Below, piece by piece: positions 26,401-42,100 of a DNA stretch of 64,000 bases. The translations under genes were made by a program, and so were the position numbers. The stretch lies in assembly GCF_009914755.1 (NCBI RefSeq), contig NC_060929.1, one strand, 5' to 3'. The notes beneath the pieces were generated by a model. It saw only the letters and a program-made list of their open reading frames with translations. It was not told the origin of the DNA and did not search any database. Source of the DNA: the human T2T-CHM13v2.0 reference genome, Homo sapiens. Every line of letters starts with the position of its first letter. The stretch's first letter is position 1.

Positions 26401-29400
26401 CATTGCAATCGAGTTGATTCCATTTCATTCCATTCCATTCCATTCCATTGCATTCCATTCCATTCCTTTCCATTCCATTCCACTCGAGTTGATTCCATTC
26501 TATTCTTTTCCATTCCATTCCATTCCCTTCCATTCCACTCTGGGTGATTCCATTCCTTTCCATTCCACTCGAATACATTCCCTTCTATTCAACTGGGAAT
26601 GATTCCATTCCATTCCATTGCATTCCATTCCATTCCATGCCATTCCACTCGGGTTGATTCCATTCCTTTCCACTCCATTCGGGTTGAATCCATTCCATTC
26701 CATTCCATTCCATTCTGGTAGATTCCATTCCATTCCATTCCATTCCATTCCATTCCATTACATTATTTTCCATTACATTACATTACATTACATTGCACTC
26801 GGGTTGATTGCATTCCTTTCCATTCCACTCGATTACATTCCCTTCTATTCCACTCGGAATGATTCCATTCCATTCCATTCCATTCCAACTGAGTTGAATC
26901 CATTCCATTCCATTCCGTTCCATTCCATTCCATTCCATTCCATTCCATTCCATTCCACTCTGTTTGATTCAGTTGTATTCCATTCCATTCCACGCGATTT
27001 GATTCCATTCCATTCTATTCCGTTTCATTCCATTGCACGCTATACGATTCCATTCCATTCCACACCATTCGGGTACATTCCATTCCATTCCATTCCATTC
27101 CATTCCTTTCCATTCCATTCCATTGCACTTGGGTTGATTCCAATTCATTCCCTTCCATTCCATTCCATTCCATTCCATTCCATTGCATTCCATTCCGTTC
27201 CATTCCATTCAACTCCTTTCCATTCCATTCCATTCCATTCCATTCGGGTTGTTTCTATTCAATTCCTTTACACTCCATTCCATTCCATTCCATTCCATTC
27301 CACACAATTCCATTCCGTACCATTCCATTCCATTCCATTCCTTTCCCTTCCATGCCCTTCTAATCGGGTTTGATTCCATTTCATTCAATTTTATTCGGGT
27401 TGATTGCATTCCATTCCATTCCATTCCATTCCATTCCATTGCATTCCATAGCACTCGAGTTGATTCCATTCCATTCCATTCCATTCCATTGCACTAGAGA
27501 TTATTCCATTCCATTCCATTCGATTCCATTCCATTCCATTCCTTTCCCTTCCATTCCACTCGGGTTCTTGCCATTCCATTCCATTCCATTCCATTCCATT
27601 CCATTCCATTCCATTACATTCAATTCCACTCGGGTTGATTCCATTCTATTCTTTTCCATTCCATTCCATTCCCTTCCATTCCACTCGGGTTGATTCCATT
27701 CCTTTCCATTCCACTCGAATACATTCCCTTCTATTCCACTCGGAATGATTCCACTCCATTCCATTCCATTCCATTCCATTCCATTCCATTCCATTTCATT
27801 TCGTTCTATTCCATTCTATTCCGTACCATTCCATTCCATTCCATTCCATTCCATTCCATTCCTTTCCATTCCATTCCATTCCATTCCATTCCATTCCATT
27901 CCATGACATTCCACTCGGGTTGATTCCATTCCTTTCCTTTCCGTTCGGATTGAATCCATTCCATTCCATTCCTTTCCATTCAATTCCATTCTATTGCACT
28001 CGGGTTCATTCCATTCCATTCCATTCCATTCTACACCATTCCATTCGATTCCACTGAATTCCATTGGGGATGATTCCATTCCCTTCCATTCCATTCCATT
28101 CCATTCCCTTCCATTCCCTTCCATTCCACTCGCGTTGATTCCATTCCTTTCCATTCCACTGGTTTACATTCCCCTCCATTCCACTCGGAATTATTCCATT
28201 CAATTCCATTCCATTCCATTCCAATCGATTCCATTCCATTCCTTTCCACTCGAGTTGATTCCATTCCATTCCATTCCATTCCATTCCATTCCATTCCATT
28301 CTATTCCATTCCATTCCTTTCCATTCCATTACATTCCATTCTATTCGGGTTGATTCTATTCAATTCCTTTACCCTCCATTCCATTCAATTCCATTACACA
28401 CAATTCCATTTCATTCCATTCCATTCCAATTGGGTTGAATCCATTTCATTCCATTTCGTTCTATTCCATTCTATTCCGTACCATTCAATTCCATTCCATT
28501 CCTTTCCATTCCATGCCATTCCACTCGGGTTGATTCCATTTCATTCCATTCTATTCGGGTTGATTCCATTCCATTCCATCCCATTCCATTCCATCCCATT
28601 CCATTCCATTCGATTGCAATCGAGTTGATTCCATTTCATTCCATTCCATTCCATTCCATTGCATTCCATTCCATTCCTTTCCATTCCATTCCACTCGAGT
28701 TGATTCCATTCTATTCTTTTCCATTCCATTCCATTCCCTTCCATTCCACTCTGGGTGATTCCATTCCTTTCCATTCCACTCGAATACATTCCCTTCTATT
28801 CAACTGGGAATGATTCCATTCCATTCCATTGCATTCCATTCCATTCTATGCCATTCCATTCGGGTTGATTCCATTCCTTTCCACTCCATTCGGGTTGAAT
28901 CCATTCCATTACATTCCATTCCATTCTGGTAGATTCCATTCCATTCCATTCCATTCCATTACATTATTTTCCATTACATTACATTACATTACATTGCACT
29001 CGGGTTGATTCCATTCCTTTCCATTCCACTCGATTACATTCCCTTCTATTTCACTCGGAATGATTCCATTCCATTCCATTCCATTCCAACTGAGTTGAAT
29101 CCATTCCATTCCATTTCGTTCCATTCCATTCTATTCCCTACCATTCCATTCCTTTCCATTCCATTCCATTCCATTCCATTCCATTCCACTCTGTTTGATT
29201 CAGTTGCATTCCATTCCATTCCACGCGATTTGATTCCATTCCATTCTATTCCGTTTCATTCCATTCCACGCTATACGATTCCATTCCATTCCACACCATT
29301 CGGGTACATTCCATTCCATTCCATTCCATTCCATTCCTTTCCATTCCATTCCATTGCACTTGGGTTGATTCCAATTCATTCCATTCCATTCCATTCCATT

Positions 29401-29900
29401 CCATTCCATTCCATTCCATTCCATTCCATTGTATTCCATTCCGTTCCATTCCATTCAACTCCTTTCCATTCCATTCCATTCCATTCCATTCGGGTTGTTT
29501 CTATTCAATTCCTTTACACTCCATTCCATTCCATTCCATTCCACACAATTCCATTCCGTACCACTCCATTCCATTCCATTCCTTTCCGTTCCATGCCCTT
29601 CCAATCGGGTTTGATTCCATTTCTTTCAATTTTATTCGGGTTGATTGCATTCCATTCCATTCCTTTCCATTCCATTCCATTGCATTCCATAGCACTCGAG
29701 TTGATTCCATTCCATTCCATTCCATTCCATTGCACTAGAGTTGATTCCATTCCATTCCATTCGATTCCATTCCATTCCATTCCATTCCCTTCCATTCCAC
29801 TCGGGTTCTTGCCATTCCTTTCCATTCCACTCGAATACATTCCCTTCTATTCCACTCCGAATGATTCCATTCCATTCCATTCCATTCCATTCCATTTTGT
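25870..29900 (+). repeat. ~2.2 kb higher-order unit, about 2 copies
   Basis: aatcgggtttgatt at ~27362 and ~29603; tcgggttcttgcc at ~27560 and ~29801; ORFs 26159/28350. Confidence 0.8.
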
Positions 29901-30164
29901 TCCATTCCATTCTATTCCGTACCATTCCATTCCATTCCATTCATTTCCATTCCATGCCATTCCTCTCGGGTTGAATCTATTTCATTCCATTCTATTCTGG
30001 TTGATTCCATTCCATTCCATTCCATTCCATTCCATTGGATTCCATTGCAGTCGAGTTGATTCCATTCCATTCCATCCCATTCCATTCCATTCCATTCCAT
30101 TCCATTCCATTCTATTCCATTCCATTCGGGATGATTCCATTCCATTCCATTCCATTCCATTCCA

Positions 30165-33100
30165 TTCCACTCTGTCTGATTCAGTTCCATTCCTTTCCAT
30201 TCCATGCGATTTGATTCCATTCCATTCTATTCAATTTCATTCCATTCCACGCCATACGATTCCATTCCATTCCATTCCATTAGGGTACATTCCATTCCAT
30301 TCCACTCCATTCCATTCCATTCCATTCCATTCTTATAGATTCCATTCCATTCCTTTCCATTCCATTCCATTCCATTCCATTGCACTCGGGTTGATTCCAT
30401 TCCTTTCCATTCCACTCGATTGCATTCACTTCCATTCCACTCGGAATGATACCGTTCCATTACATTCCATTCCATTGCATTCCATTCCAATCCATTCCAT
30501 TCCATTCCATTACACCCGAGTTGATTCCACTTCACTCCATTCCATTCCATTCCATTCCTTTCCATTCCGTTCCATTCCATTCCATTCAATTCGGGTTGAT
30601 TCTATTCAATTACTTTACACTCCATTCCATTCAATTTCATTACACACAATTCCATTTCATTGCATTCCGTTCCATTTGGGTTGAATCCATTTCATTCCAT
30701 TTTGTTCCATTCCATTCTATTCCGTACCATTGCATTCCATTCATTTCCTTACCATTCCATGCCATTCCAATCAGGTTGATTCCATTTCATTCCTTTCTAT
30801 TCGGGTTGATTCCATTCCATTCCATTCCATTCCATTCCATTCCATTCCATTCCGTTCCATTGCACTCGAGTTGATTCCATTCCATTCCATTCCATTCCAT
30901 TCCTTTCCGTTTCATTCCACTCGGGTTGATTCCATTCTATTCCTTTCCATTCCATTCCTTTACCTTCCATTCCACTCGGGTTGATTCCATTCCTTTCTAT
31001 TCCACTCCAATACATTCCCTTCTATTACTCTCGGAATGGTTCCATTCCATTCCATTCCATTCCATTCCATTCCATTCCATTCCATTCCATTCCATTCCAT
31101 TCCGTTCCATTCCATTTCGTTCCATATCGTTCAATTCCATTCTATTCAGTACCATTCTATTCCATTCCATTCCATTGCATTCCATTCCATTCCATGCCAT
31201 TCCACTCGGGTTGATTCCATTCCTTTCCACTCCATTCAGATTGAATCCATTCCTTTCCATTCCATTCCATTCCATTCTATTCCACTCCATTCCATTTGGG
31301 GTGATTCCATTCCATTTCATTCCATTCCATTCCATTCCATTCCATTCCATTCCACTCTGTTTGATTCTGTTCCATTCCATTCCATTCCACACGATTTGAT
31401 TCCATTCCATTCTATTCCGTTTCATTCCTTTCCACGCCATAGGATTCCATTACATTCCATTCCACTCGGGTACATTCCATTCCATTCCATTCCATTCCAT
31501 TCCATTCCATTCCATTCCATTCCGTTCCATTCCATTCCATTCTGGTAGATTCCATTCCATTCCATTCCATTCCATTCCATTCCATTACAATACATTACAT
31601 TGCACTCAGGTTGATTCCATTCCTTTCCATTCCACTCGATTACATTCCCTTCCATTCCACTCGGAATGATTCCATTCCATTCCATTCCAATCCATTGCAT
31701 TCCATTCCATTCCATTCCATTCCATTCCATTCCATTCCATTCCAATTGGGGTGAATCCATTCCATTCCATTTCGTTCCATTCCATTCTATTCCGTACCAT
31801 TCCGTTCCATTCCATTCCAAGCCATTCCACTCGGGTTGATTCCTTTCCATTCCATTCCATTCGGGTTGATTATATTCCATTCCATTCCATTCCATTCCAT
31901 TCCATTCCATTCCATTCCATTGCACTCGGGTTGATTCCATTCCATTCCACTACATTCCATTCAATTCCATTCCATTCCACTCCATTCCATTCGGCATGAT
32001 TCCATTCCATTCCATTCCATTCCATTCCCTTCCATTCCATTCCATTCCATTCCACTCCATTCCACTTGGGTTGATTCTATTCCATTCCTTTCCATTCCAT
32101 TCCATTCCCTTCCATTCCACTCGTGTTGATTCCATTCCTTTCCATTCCACTGGATTACATTCCCTTCCTTTTCACTCGGAATGATTCCATTCAATTCCAT
32201 TGCATTCCATTCCAATCGATTCCATTCCATTCCTTTCCACTCGAGTTGATTCAATTCCATTCCATTCCATTCCATTCCATTCTGTTCCATTCCATTCCTT
32301 TCCATTCCATTACATTCCATTCTATTCGGGTTGATTCTATTCAATTCCTTTACCCTCCATTCCATTCAATTCCATTATATACAATTCCATTTCATTCCAT
32401 TCCATTCCAATTGGGTTGAATCCATTTCATTCCATTTCGTTCCATTCCATTCTATTCCGTACCATTCAATCTCATTCCATTCCTTTCCATTCCATGCCAT
32501 TCCACTGGGGTTGATTCCATTTCTTTCCATTCTATTCGTGTTGATTCCATTCCATTCCATCCCATTCCATTCCATTCCATTCCATTGCAATCGAGTTGAT
32601 TCCATTTCATTCCATTCCATTCCATTCCATTGCATTCCATTCCATTCCTTTCCATTCCATTCCACTCGAGTTGATTCCATTCTATTCTTTTCCATTCCAT
32701 TCCATTCCATTCCCTTCCATTCCACTCGGGATGATTCCATTCCTTTCCATTCCACTCGAATGCATTCCCTTCTATTCAACTGGGAATGATTCCATTCCAT
32801 TCCATGGCATTCCATTCCATTCCATGCCATTCCACTCGGGTTGATTCCATTCCTTTCCACTCCATTCGGATTGAATCCATTCCTTTCCATTCCATTCCAT
32901 TCCATTCTATTCCACTCCATTCCATTTGGGGTGATTCCATTCCATTTCATTCCATTCCATTCCATTCCATTCCATTCCATTCCATTCCATTCCATTCCAC
33001 TCTGTTTGATTCTGTTCCATTCCATTCCATTCCACACGATTTGATTCCATTCCATTCTATTCCGTTTCATTCCTTTCCACTCGAATACATTCCTTCTATT

Positions 33101-36100
33101 CCACTCGGAATGATTCCACTCCATTCCATTCCATTCCATTTCGTTCCATTCCATACTATTCCGTACCATTCCATTCCATTCCTTTCCATTCTATTCCATT
33201 CCATGCCATTCCACTCGGGTTGATTCCATTCCTTTCCATTCCATTCGGGTTGAATCCATTCCATTCCATTCCATTCCATTCGATTCCATGCCATTGCACT
33301 CGGGTTGCTTCCATTCCATTGCATTCCATTCCACTCCATTGCATTCCATTCCATTACAAACAATTCCATTGCATTCCATTCCATTCCATCCCAATTGGGT
33401 TGAATGCATTCTATTCCATTTCCTTCCATTCTATTCTGTACCATTCCATTCCATTCCATTGCATTCCGTTCCACTCCATTCCATTCGGGTTGATTCTATT
33501 CAATTCCTTTACACTCCATTCCATTCCATTCCATTCCACACAATTCCATTCCATTCGATTAAATTCCAATTGGGTTGAATCCATTCCGTTCCATTTCGTT
33601 CCATTCCATTCTATTGCGTACCATTCCATTCCATTCCATTCCTTTCCATTCCATGCCATTCCACTCGGGTTGATTCCATTTCATTCCATTCTGTTCGGGT
33701 TGATTCCATTCCATTCCATTCCATTCCATTCCATTCCATTCCATTCCATTCCATTGCACTCGAGTTGATTCCATTCCATTCCATTCCATTCCATTCCATT
33801 CCATTCCATTCCATTCCACTCGGGTTGATTCCATTCTATTCTTTTCCATTCCATTCCATTCCCTTCCATTCTAGTCCGGTTGATTCCATTCTTTCCATTC
33901 CACTCGAAATCATTCCCTTTTATTCCACTCGGAATGATTGCACTCCATTCCATTCCATTCCATTCAATTTCGTTCCATTCCATTCCATTCCTTACCGTTC
34001 CATTCCACTCCATTCCATTCCATTCCATTCCATTCCATGCCATTCCACTCGGGTTGATTCCATTCCTTTCCATTACATTCGGGTTGAATCCATTCCATTC
34101 CATTCCATTCCATTCGATTCCATTCCATTGCACTTGGGTTGATTCCCTTCCATTCTATTCCATTTCACTCCATTCCATTCCATTCCACTCCATTCCATTC
34201 GGGATGATTCCATTCCATTCCATTCCATTCCACCCTGTATGATTCAGTTCCATTCCATTCGATTCCATGCGATTTGATTCCATTCCATTCTATTCCGTTT
34301 CATTCCATTCCACGCCATACGATTCCATTCCATTCCAATCCATTCGGGTACATTCCACTGCATTTCATTCCATTCCATTCCATTCCTTTCTGGTAGATTC
34401 CATTCCATTCCATTCCATTCCATTCCATTCCATTCCATTCCATTCCATTCCATTCCACTCGGGTTGATTCCATTCCATACCTTTCCATTCCACTCCATTC
34501 CCTTCCATTCCACTCGGGTTGATTCCATTCGTTTCCAATCCATTGCATTACATTCCCTTCCATTCCACTTGGAATGATTCCTTTCAATTCCATTGCATTC
34601 CATTCCAATCCATTCCATTCCATTCCATTCCATTCCACTCGAGTTGATTCCATTCAATTCCATTCCATTCCATTCCATTCCATTCCATTCCACTCGAGTT
34701 GATTCCATTCCATTCCATTCCATTCCATTCCATTCCATTCCATTCTATTCGTTTCCTTTCCATTCCATTCCACTCTGTTTTATTCAGTTCCATTCCATTC
34801 CATTCCACGCGATTTCATTCCATTCCATTCTATTCCGATTCATTCAATTCCAGGCCATAAGATTCCATTCCATTCCATTCCAAAGGGGTACATTCCATTT
34901 CATTCCATTCAATTCCATTCCATTCCATTGAATTATGGTAGATTCCATTCCATTCCATTCCATTCCATTGCACTCGGGTTGATTCCATTCCTTTCCATTC
35001 CACTCGATTACATTCCCTTCCATTCCACTCGGAATGATTCCATTCCATTACATTCCATTCCATTGCATTCCATTCCAATCCATTCCATTCCACTCGAGTT
35101 GATTCCATTCCATTCCATTCCATTCCTTTCCATTCCATTCCATTCCATTGCATTCCATTCCATTCGGGTTGATTCTATTCAATTCCTTTAAAATCTATTC
35201 CATTCCATTCCATTACACACAATTCCATTCCATTCCATTGCACTCCAATTGGGTTGAATCCATTTCATTCCATTTCGTTCCATTCCATTCTATTCCGTAC
35301 CATTCCATTCCATTCCATTCATTTCCTTACCATTCCATGCCATTCCAATCGGGTCGATTCCATTTCATTCCATTCCATTCTGGTTGATTCCATTCCATTC
35401 CATTCCATTCCATTCCATTCCATTCCTTTCCATTCCATTCCACTCTGGTTGATTCCATTGTAGTCTTTTCCATTCCATTCCGTTCCCTTCCATTCCACTC
35501 GGGTTGCTTCCATTCCTTTCCATTCCAGTCGATTACATTCCCTTCTATTGCATTCGGAATAATTCCACTCCATTCCATTCCATTCCATTCCATTCCATTC
35601 CATTCCATTCCATTCCATTTCGTTCCATTCCATTCTATTCCGTACCATTCCATTCCATTCCTTTCCACTCTATTCCATTCCATGCCATTTCACTCGGGTT
35701 GATTCCATTCCTTTCCATTCCATTCGGGTTGAATCCATTCCATTCCATTCCATTCCATTCCATTCCATTCCATGGCACTCGGGTTGATTCCATTCCATTC
35801 CATTCCATTCCATTCCATTCCATTCCATTCCATTCCATTCCATTCCGCTCCATTCCATTCGGGATGATTCCATTCCATTCCATTCCATTCCATTCCACTC
35901 TGTTTGATTCAGTTCCATTCCATTCCATTCCACGCGATTTGTTTCCATTCCATTCTATTCCGTTTCTTTCCATTCCATGCCATACGATTCCTTTCCATTC
36001 CATTCCATTCGGGTACATTCCATTCCATTCCATTTCATTCCATTGCATTCTGGTAGATTCCATTCCATTCCATTCCATTCCAATACATTACATTCCTTTC

Positions 36101-39100
36101 CATTCCTTTCCATTCCTTTCCATTCCATTCCACTCGGGTTGATTCCATTCCATTCCTTTCCATTCCATTCCATTCCCTTCCAATCCCTTCCATTGCATTT
36201 CGTTCCAATCCATTCCATTCCATTCCATTCCACTCTAGTTGATTCCATTCCATTCCATTCCATTCCATTCCATTCCATTCCGCTCCATTAAATTCAGGAT
36301 GATTCCATTCCATTCCATTCCATTCCACTCTGTTTGATTCAGTTCCATTCCATTCCATTCCACGCAATTTGATTCCATTCCATTCTATTCCGTTTCTTTC
36401 CATTCCATGCCATACGATTCCATTCGATTCCATTCCATTCGGGTACATTCCATTCCATTCCATTCCATTTCATTCCATTGCATTCTGGTAGATTCCATTC
36501 CATTCCATTCCATTCCATTCCATTCCAATCCATTCCATTCCCATCCGCTCCGTTCCATTCCATCCCATTCCATTCGGGTTGATTCTATTCAATTCCTTTA
36601 CACTCCATTCCAATCCATTCCATTCCACACAAATCCATTCCATTCCATTCCATTTCATGTGGGTTCAATGCATTCTATTCCTTTAGGTTCCATTCATTTC
36701 TATTCCGTAGCATTCAATTCCATTACATTCAATTCCATTCCATGCCTTTCTACTCGGGTTGATTCCATTCCATTCCATTCCATTTCATTCCAGTCTGGTT
36801 GAGTCAAATCCATTCCTTTCCATTCCATTCCATTCCCTTCCATTCCACTCGGGTTGATTCCGTTCCTTTCCATTCCACTCGATTACATTCCCTTCCATTC
36901 CACTCGCAATGATTCCATTCCCTTCCATTGCATTCCATTCCAATCCATTCCACACCATTCCATTCCACTCGAGTTGATTCCATTCCATTCCATTTCATTG
37001 CATTCCATTGCATTCCAATCCATGCCATTCCATTCCATTCCATAGCATTCCATTCCATTCCATTCCATTCCATTCCATTGCACTCGAGTTGATTTCATTC
37101 CATTCCATTCCATTCCATTCCTTTCCATTCCATTCCACTCTGGTTGATTCCATTGTATTCTTTTCCATTCCATTCTGTTCCCTTCCATTCCACTCGGGTT
37201 GCTTCCATTCCTTTCCATTCCAGTCGATTACATTCCCTTCTATTGCATTCGGAATAATTCCACTCCATTCCATTCCATTCCATTCCATTCCATTCCATTC
37301 CATTCCATTCCATTCCATTCCATTTCGTTCCATTCCATTCTATTCCGTACCATTCCATTCCATTCCTTTCCACTCTATTCCATTCCATGCCATTTCACTC
37401 AGGTTGATTCCATTCCTTTCCATTCCATTCGGGTTGAATCCATTCCATTCCATTCCATTCCATTCCATTCCATGTCACTCGGGTTGATTCCATTCCATTC
37501 CATTCCATTCCATTCCATTCCATTCCGCTCCATTCCATTCGGGATGATTCCATTCCATTCCATTCCATTCCATTCCATTCCACTCTGTTTGATTCAGTTC
37601 CATTCCATTCCATTCCACGCGATTTGTTTCCATTCCATTCTATTCCGTTTCTTTCCATTCCATGCCATACGATTCCTTTCCATTCCATTCCATTCGGGTA
37701 CATTCCATTCCATTCCATTTCATTCCATTGCATTCTGGTAGATTCCATTCCATTCCATTCCATTCCAATACATTACATTCCTTTCCATTCCTTTCCATTC
37801 CTTTCCATTCCATTCCACTCGGGTTGATTCCATTCCATTCCTTTCCATTCCATTCCATTCCCTTCCAATCCCTTCCATTGCATTTCATTCCAATCCATTC
37901 CATTCCATTCCATTCCACTCTAGTTGATTCCATTCCATTCCATTCCATTCCATTCCATTCCATTCCGCTCCATTCCATTCAGGATGATTCCATTCCATTC
38001 CATTCCATTCCACTCTGTTTGATTCAGTTCCATTCCATTCCATTCCACGCAATTTGATTCCATTCCATTCTATTCCGTTTCTTTCCATTCCATGCCATAC
38101 GATTCCATTCCATTCCATTCCATTCGGGTACATTCCATTCCATTCCATTCCATTGCATTCCATTGCATTCTGGTAGATTCCATTCCATTCCATTCCATTC
38201 CATTCCATTCCATTCCATTGCACTCGGGTTGATTCCATTCCTTTCCATTCCACTCGATTACATTCCCTTCCATTCCAATCGGAATGATTCCATTCCATTC
38301 CTTTGCATTCCATTCCATTGCATTCCATTCCACTCTAGTTGATTCCATTCCATTCCATTCCATTCCACTCCATTCCATTCCATTCCACTCTAGTTTATTC
38401 CATTCCATTCCATTCCATTCCACTCCATTCCATTCCGTTCCATTCCATTCCACTCCATTCGGGTTGATTCTACTCAATTCCTTTACACTCCATTCCATTC
38501 TATTCAATTCCACACAATTCCATTTCATTCCATTCCATTCCATTCCATTCCATTCGATTCCGTTGCACTCGAGTTGATTCCATTCCATTCCATTCCGTTC
38601 CATTCCATTCCATTCCATTCCTTTCCATTTCGTTCCATTCCATTCTATTCCGTACCATTCCATTCCATTCCTTTCCATTCCTTTCCATTCTATGCCATTT
38701 CACTCGGGTTGATTCCATTCCTTTCCATTAGCTTCAGGTTGAATACATTCCATTCCATTCCATTCCATTCGATTCCATTCCATTGCACTCAGGTTCATTC
38801 CATTCCATTCCATTCCATTCCATTCCATTCCATTCCATTCCATTCCGCTCCATTCCATTCGGGATGATTCCATTCCATTCCATTCCTTTCCCTTCCATTC
38901 CATTCCACTCTGTTTGATTCAGTTCCATTCCATTCCATTCCTTTCCATTCCATTCCACTCTGTCTGATTCAGTTCCATTCCTTTCCATTCCATGCGATTT
39001 GATTCCATTCCATTCTATTCAATTTCATTCCATTCCACGCCATACGATTCCATTCCATTCCATTCCATTAGGGTACATTCCATTCCATTCCACTCCATTC

Positions 39101-42100
39101 CATTCCATTCCATTCCATTCTTATAGATTCCATTCCATTCCTTTCCATTCCATTCCATTCCATTCCATTGCACTCGGGTTGATTCCATTCCTTTCCATTC
39201 CACTCGATTGCATTCACTTCCATTCCACTCGGAATGATACCGTTCCATTACATTCCATTCCATTGCATTCCATTCCAATCCATTCCATTCCATTCCATTA
39301 CACCCGAGTTGATTCCACTTCACTCCATTCCATTCCATTCCATTCCTTTCCATTCCGTTCCATTCCATTCCATTCAATTCGGGTTGATTCTATTCAATTA
39401 CTTTACACTCCATTCCATTCAATTTCATTACACACAATTCCATTTCATTGCATTCCGTTCCATTTGGGTTGAATCCATTTCATTCCATTTTGTTCCATTC
39501 CATTCTATTCCGTACCATTGCATTCCATTCATTTCCTTACCATTCCATGCCATTCCAATCAGGTTGATTCCATTTCATTCCTTTCTATTCGGGTTGATTC
39601 CATTCCATTCCATTCCATTCCATTCCATTCCATTCCATTCCGTTCCATTGCACTCGAGTTGATTCCATTCCATTCCATTCCATTCCATTCCTTTCCGTTT
39701 CATTCCACTCGGGTTGATTCCATTCTATTCCTTTCCATTCCATTCCTTTACCTTCCATTCCACTCGGGTTGATTCCATTCCTTTCTATTCCACTCCAATA
39801 CATTCCCTTCTATTACTCTCGGAATGGTTCCATTCCATTCCATTCCATTCCATTCCATTCCATTCCATTCCATTCCATTCCATTCCATTCCATTCCATTC
39901 CGTTCCATTCCATTTCGTTCCATATCGTTCAATTCCATTCTATTCAGTACCATTCTATTCCATTCCATTCCATTGCATTCCATTCCATTCCATGCCATTC
40001 CACTCGGGTTGATTCCATTCCTTTCCACTCCATTCAGATTGAATCCATTCCTTTCCATTCCATTCCATTCCATTCTATTCCACTCCATTCCATTTGGGGT
40101 GATTCCATTCCATTTCATTCCATTCCATTCCATTCCATTCCATTCCATTCCACTCTGTTTGATTCTGTTCCATTCCATTCCATTCCACACGATTTGATTC
40201 CATTCCATTCTATTCCGTTTCATTCCTTTCCACGCCATAGGATTCCATTACATTCCATTCCACTCGGGTACATTCCATTCCATTCCATTCCATTCCATTC
40301 CATTCCATTCCATTCCATTCCGTTCCATTCCATTCCATTCTGGTAGATTCCATTCCATTCCATTCCATTCCATTCCATTCCATTACAATACATTACATTG
40401 CACTCAGGTTGATTCCATTCCTTTCCATTCCACTCGATTACATTCCCTTCCATTCCACTCGGAATGATTCCATTCCATTCCATTCCAATCCATTGCATTC
40501 CATTCCATTCCATTCCATTCCATTCCATTCCATTCCATTCCAATTGGGGTGAATCCATTCCATTCCATTTCGTTCCATTCCATTCTATTCCGTACCATTC
40601 CGTTCCATTCCATTCCAAGCCATTCCACTCGGGTTGATTCCTTTCCATTCCATTCCATTCGGGTTGATTATATTCCATTCCATTCCATTCCATTCCATTC
40701 CATTCCATTCCATTCCATTCCATTCCATTGCACTCGGGTTGATTCCATTCCATTCCACTACATTCCATTCAATTCCATTCCATTCCACTCCATTCCATTC
40801 GGCATGATTCCATTCCATTCCATTCCATTCCATTCCCTTCCATTCCATTCCATTCCATTCCACTCCATTCCACTTGGGTTGATTCTATTCCATTCCTTTC
40901 CATTCCATTCCATTCCCTTCCATTCCACTCGTGTTGATTCCATTCCTTTCCATTCCACTGGATTACATTCCCTTCCTTTTCACTCGGAATGATTCCATTC
41001 AATTCCATTGCATTCCATTCCAATCGATTCCATTCCATTCCTTTCCACTCGAGTTGATTCAATTCCATTCCATTCCATTCCATTCCATTCTGTTCCATTC
41101 CATTCCTTTCCATTCCATTACATTCCATTCTATTCGGGTTGATTCTATTCAATTCCTTTACCCTCCATTCCATTCAATTCCATTATATACAATTCCATTT
41201 CATTCCATTCCATTCCAATTGGGTTGAATCCATTTCATTCCATTTCGTTCCATTCCATTCTATTCCGTACCATTCAATCTCATTCCATTCCTTTCCATTC
41301 CATGCCATTCCACTGGGGTTGATTCCATTTCTTTCCATTCTATTCGTGTTGATTCCATTCCATTCCATCCCATTCCATTCCATTCCATTCCATTGCAATC
41401 GAGTTGATTCCATTTCATTCCATTCCATTCCATTCCATTGCATTCCATTCCATTCCTTTCCATTCCATTCCACTCGAGTTGATTCCATTCTATTCTTTTC
41501 CATTCCATTCCATTCCATTCCCTTCCATTCCACTCGGGATGATTCCATTCCTTTCCATTCCACTCGAATGCATTCCCTTCTATTCAACTGGGAATGATTC
41601 CATTCCATTCCATGGCATTCCATTCCATTCCATGCCATTCCACTCGGGTTGATTCCATTCCTTTCCACTCCATTCGGATTGAATCCATTCCTTTCCATTC
41701 CATTCCATTCCATTCTATTCCACTCCATTCCATTTGGGGTGATTCCATTCCATTTCATTCCATTCCATTCCATTCCATTCCATTCCATTCCATTCCATTC
41801 CATTCCACTCTGTTTGATTCTGTTCCATTCCATTCCATTCCACACGATTTGATTCCATTCCATTCTATTCCGTTTCATTCCTTTCCACTCGAATACATTC
41901 CTTCTATTCCACTCGGAATGATTCCACTCCATTCCATTCCATTCCATTTCGTTCCATTCCATACTATTCCGTACCATTCCATTCCATTCCTTTCCATTCT
42001 ATTCCATTCCATGCCATTCCACTCGGGTTGATTCCATTCCTTTCCATTCCATTCGGGTTGAATCCATTCCATTCCATTCCATTCCATTCGATTCCATGCC

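Larger units (their letters stand above)
1..30620 (+). repeat. Macro-duplication copy 1 (left end lies outside the window)
   Basis: Rare markers and near-identical ORF translations recur colinearly downstream: 10 vs 33067, 1753 vs 34830, 6482 vs 44712, 10311 vs 48981, 13975 vs 52655, 25654 vs 53155, 27690 vs 55231, 30446 vs 59973. Confidence 0.85.

Noticed and set aside
29005-30684. Longest ORF (559 aa, + strand)
   Set aside because: Low-complexity product. Its paralog at ~58500-60250 is broken by a 5n length change, so the frame is not conserved.
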